A stretch of 13,959 nt of DNA, taken from IMG/VR virus record IMGVR_UViG_2740892233_000006. One strand, given 5' to 3'. Positions 13,925 to 13,959 of this stretch are shown piece by piece. The notes under the pieces were generated by a model. That model made no database searches, was not told the DNA's origin, and was given only the letters and a program-made list of their open reading frames with translations. The first letter of the stretch is position 1, and each line of letters starts with the position of its first letter. The position numbers and the translations under genes are program-made. This stretch comes from a virus. Its lineage: Duplodnaviria > Heunggongvirae > Uroviricota > Caudoviricetes.

Positions 13925-13959
13925 ATGAACGCTTATTACATTCAGGATCGTCTTGAGGC
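13925..13959 (+). CDS. gam: Gam (RecBCD inhibitor), first 11 codons only, truncated by window end
   Basis: AGGAG SD then MNAYYIQDRLEA, matching the remembered N-terminus of lambda Gam (short form); upstream in-frame codons ...AIFRSSA resemble the lambda GamL extension. Confidence 0.55.
   Translation, partial: MNAYYIQDRLE

Noticed and set aside
1-13959. tRNA or rRNA genes, IS elements, transposases, integrase or att sites
   Set aside because: None seen: no ORF resembles a transposase or integrase, no terminal inverted repeats with target duplications, no tRNA-like cloverleaf noticed; the window appears internal to the prophage.

Overview
This window is a mosaic lambdoid prophage segment (modules resembling E. 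coli DLP12, phage 82/21 and lambda), with most phage genes on the minus strand. Right end: immunity region (start of gam, an N-like remnant, candidate pL/OL, cI plus two accessory genes on the plus strand, OR, then cro-like, YdaT-like, O and P on the minus strand). Middle: nin-type region (ybcN, ninE, ybcO, rusA, ylcG-like) interrupted by AT-rich cargo. Left end: Q antiterminator, an antisense porin moron (nmpC type), S21-type pinholin and a SAR endolysin truncated by the window edge. Three 10-nt N runs (8251-8260, 8560-8569, 9678-9687) sit in the O/P module; two have near-identical duplicated flanks, so this part looks like unmerged or chimeric scaffold joins and the apparent tandem O genes should not be trusted as real. 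Best candidates for undescribed biology: a HEPN-like two-gene cassette inside a repeat-flanked insertion, a two-gene module downstream of cI at the rexAB position, a reverse-oriented orphan gene replacing ren, and an N-like Arg-rich ORF cut by an in-frame TAG. All family assignments are from reading the translations and from memory of known proteins; no database search was run. Manually derived coordinates may be off by 1-2 nt.
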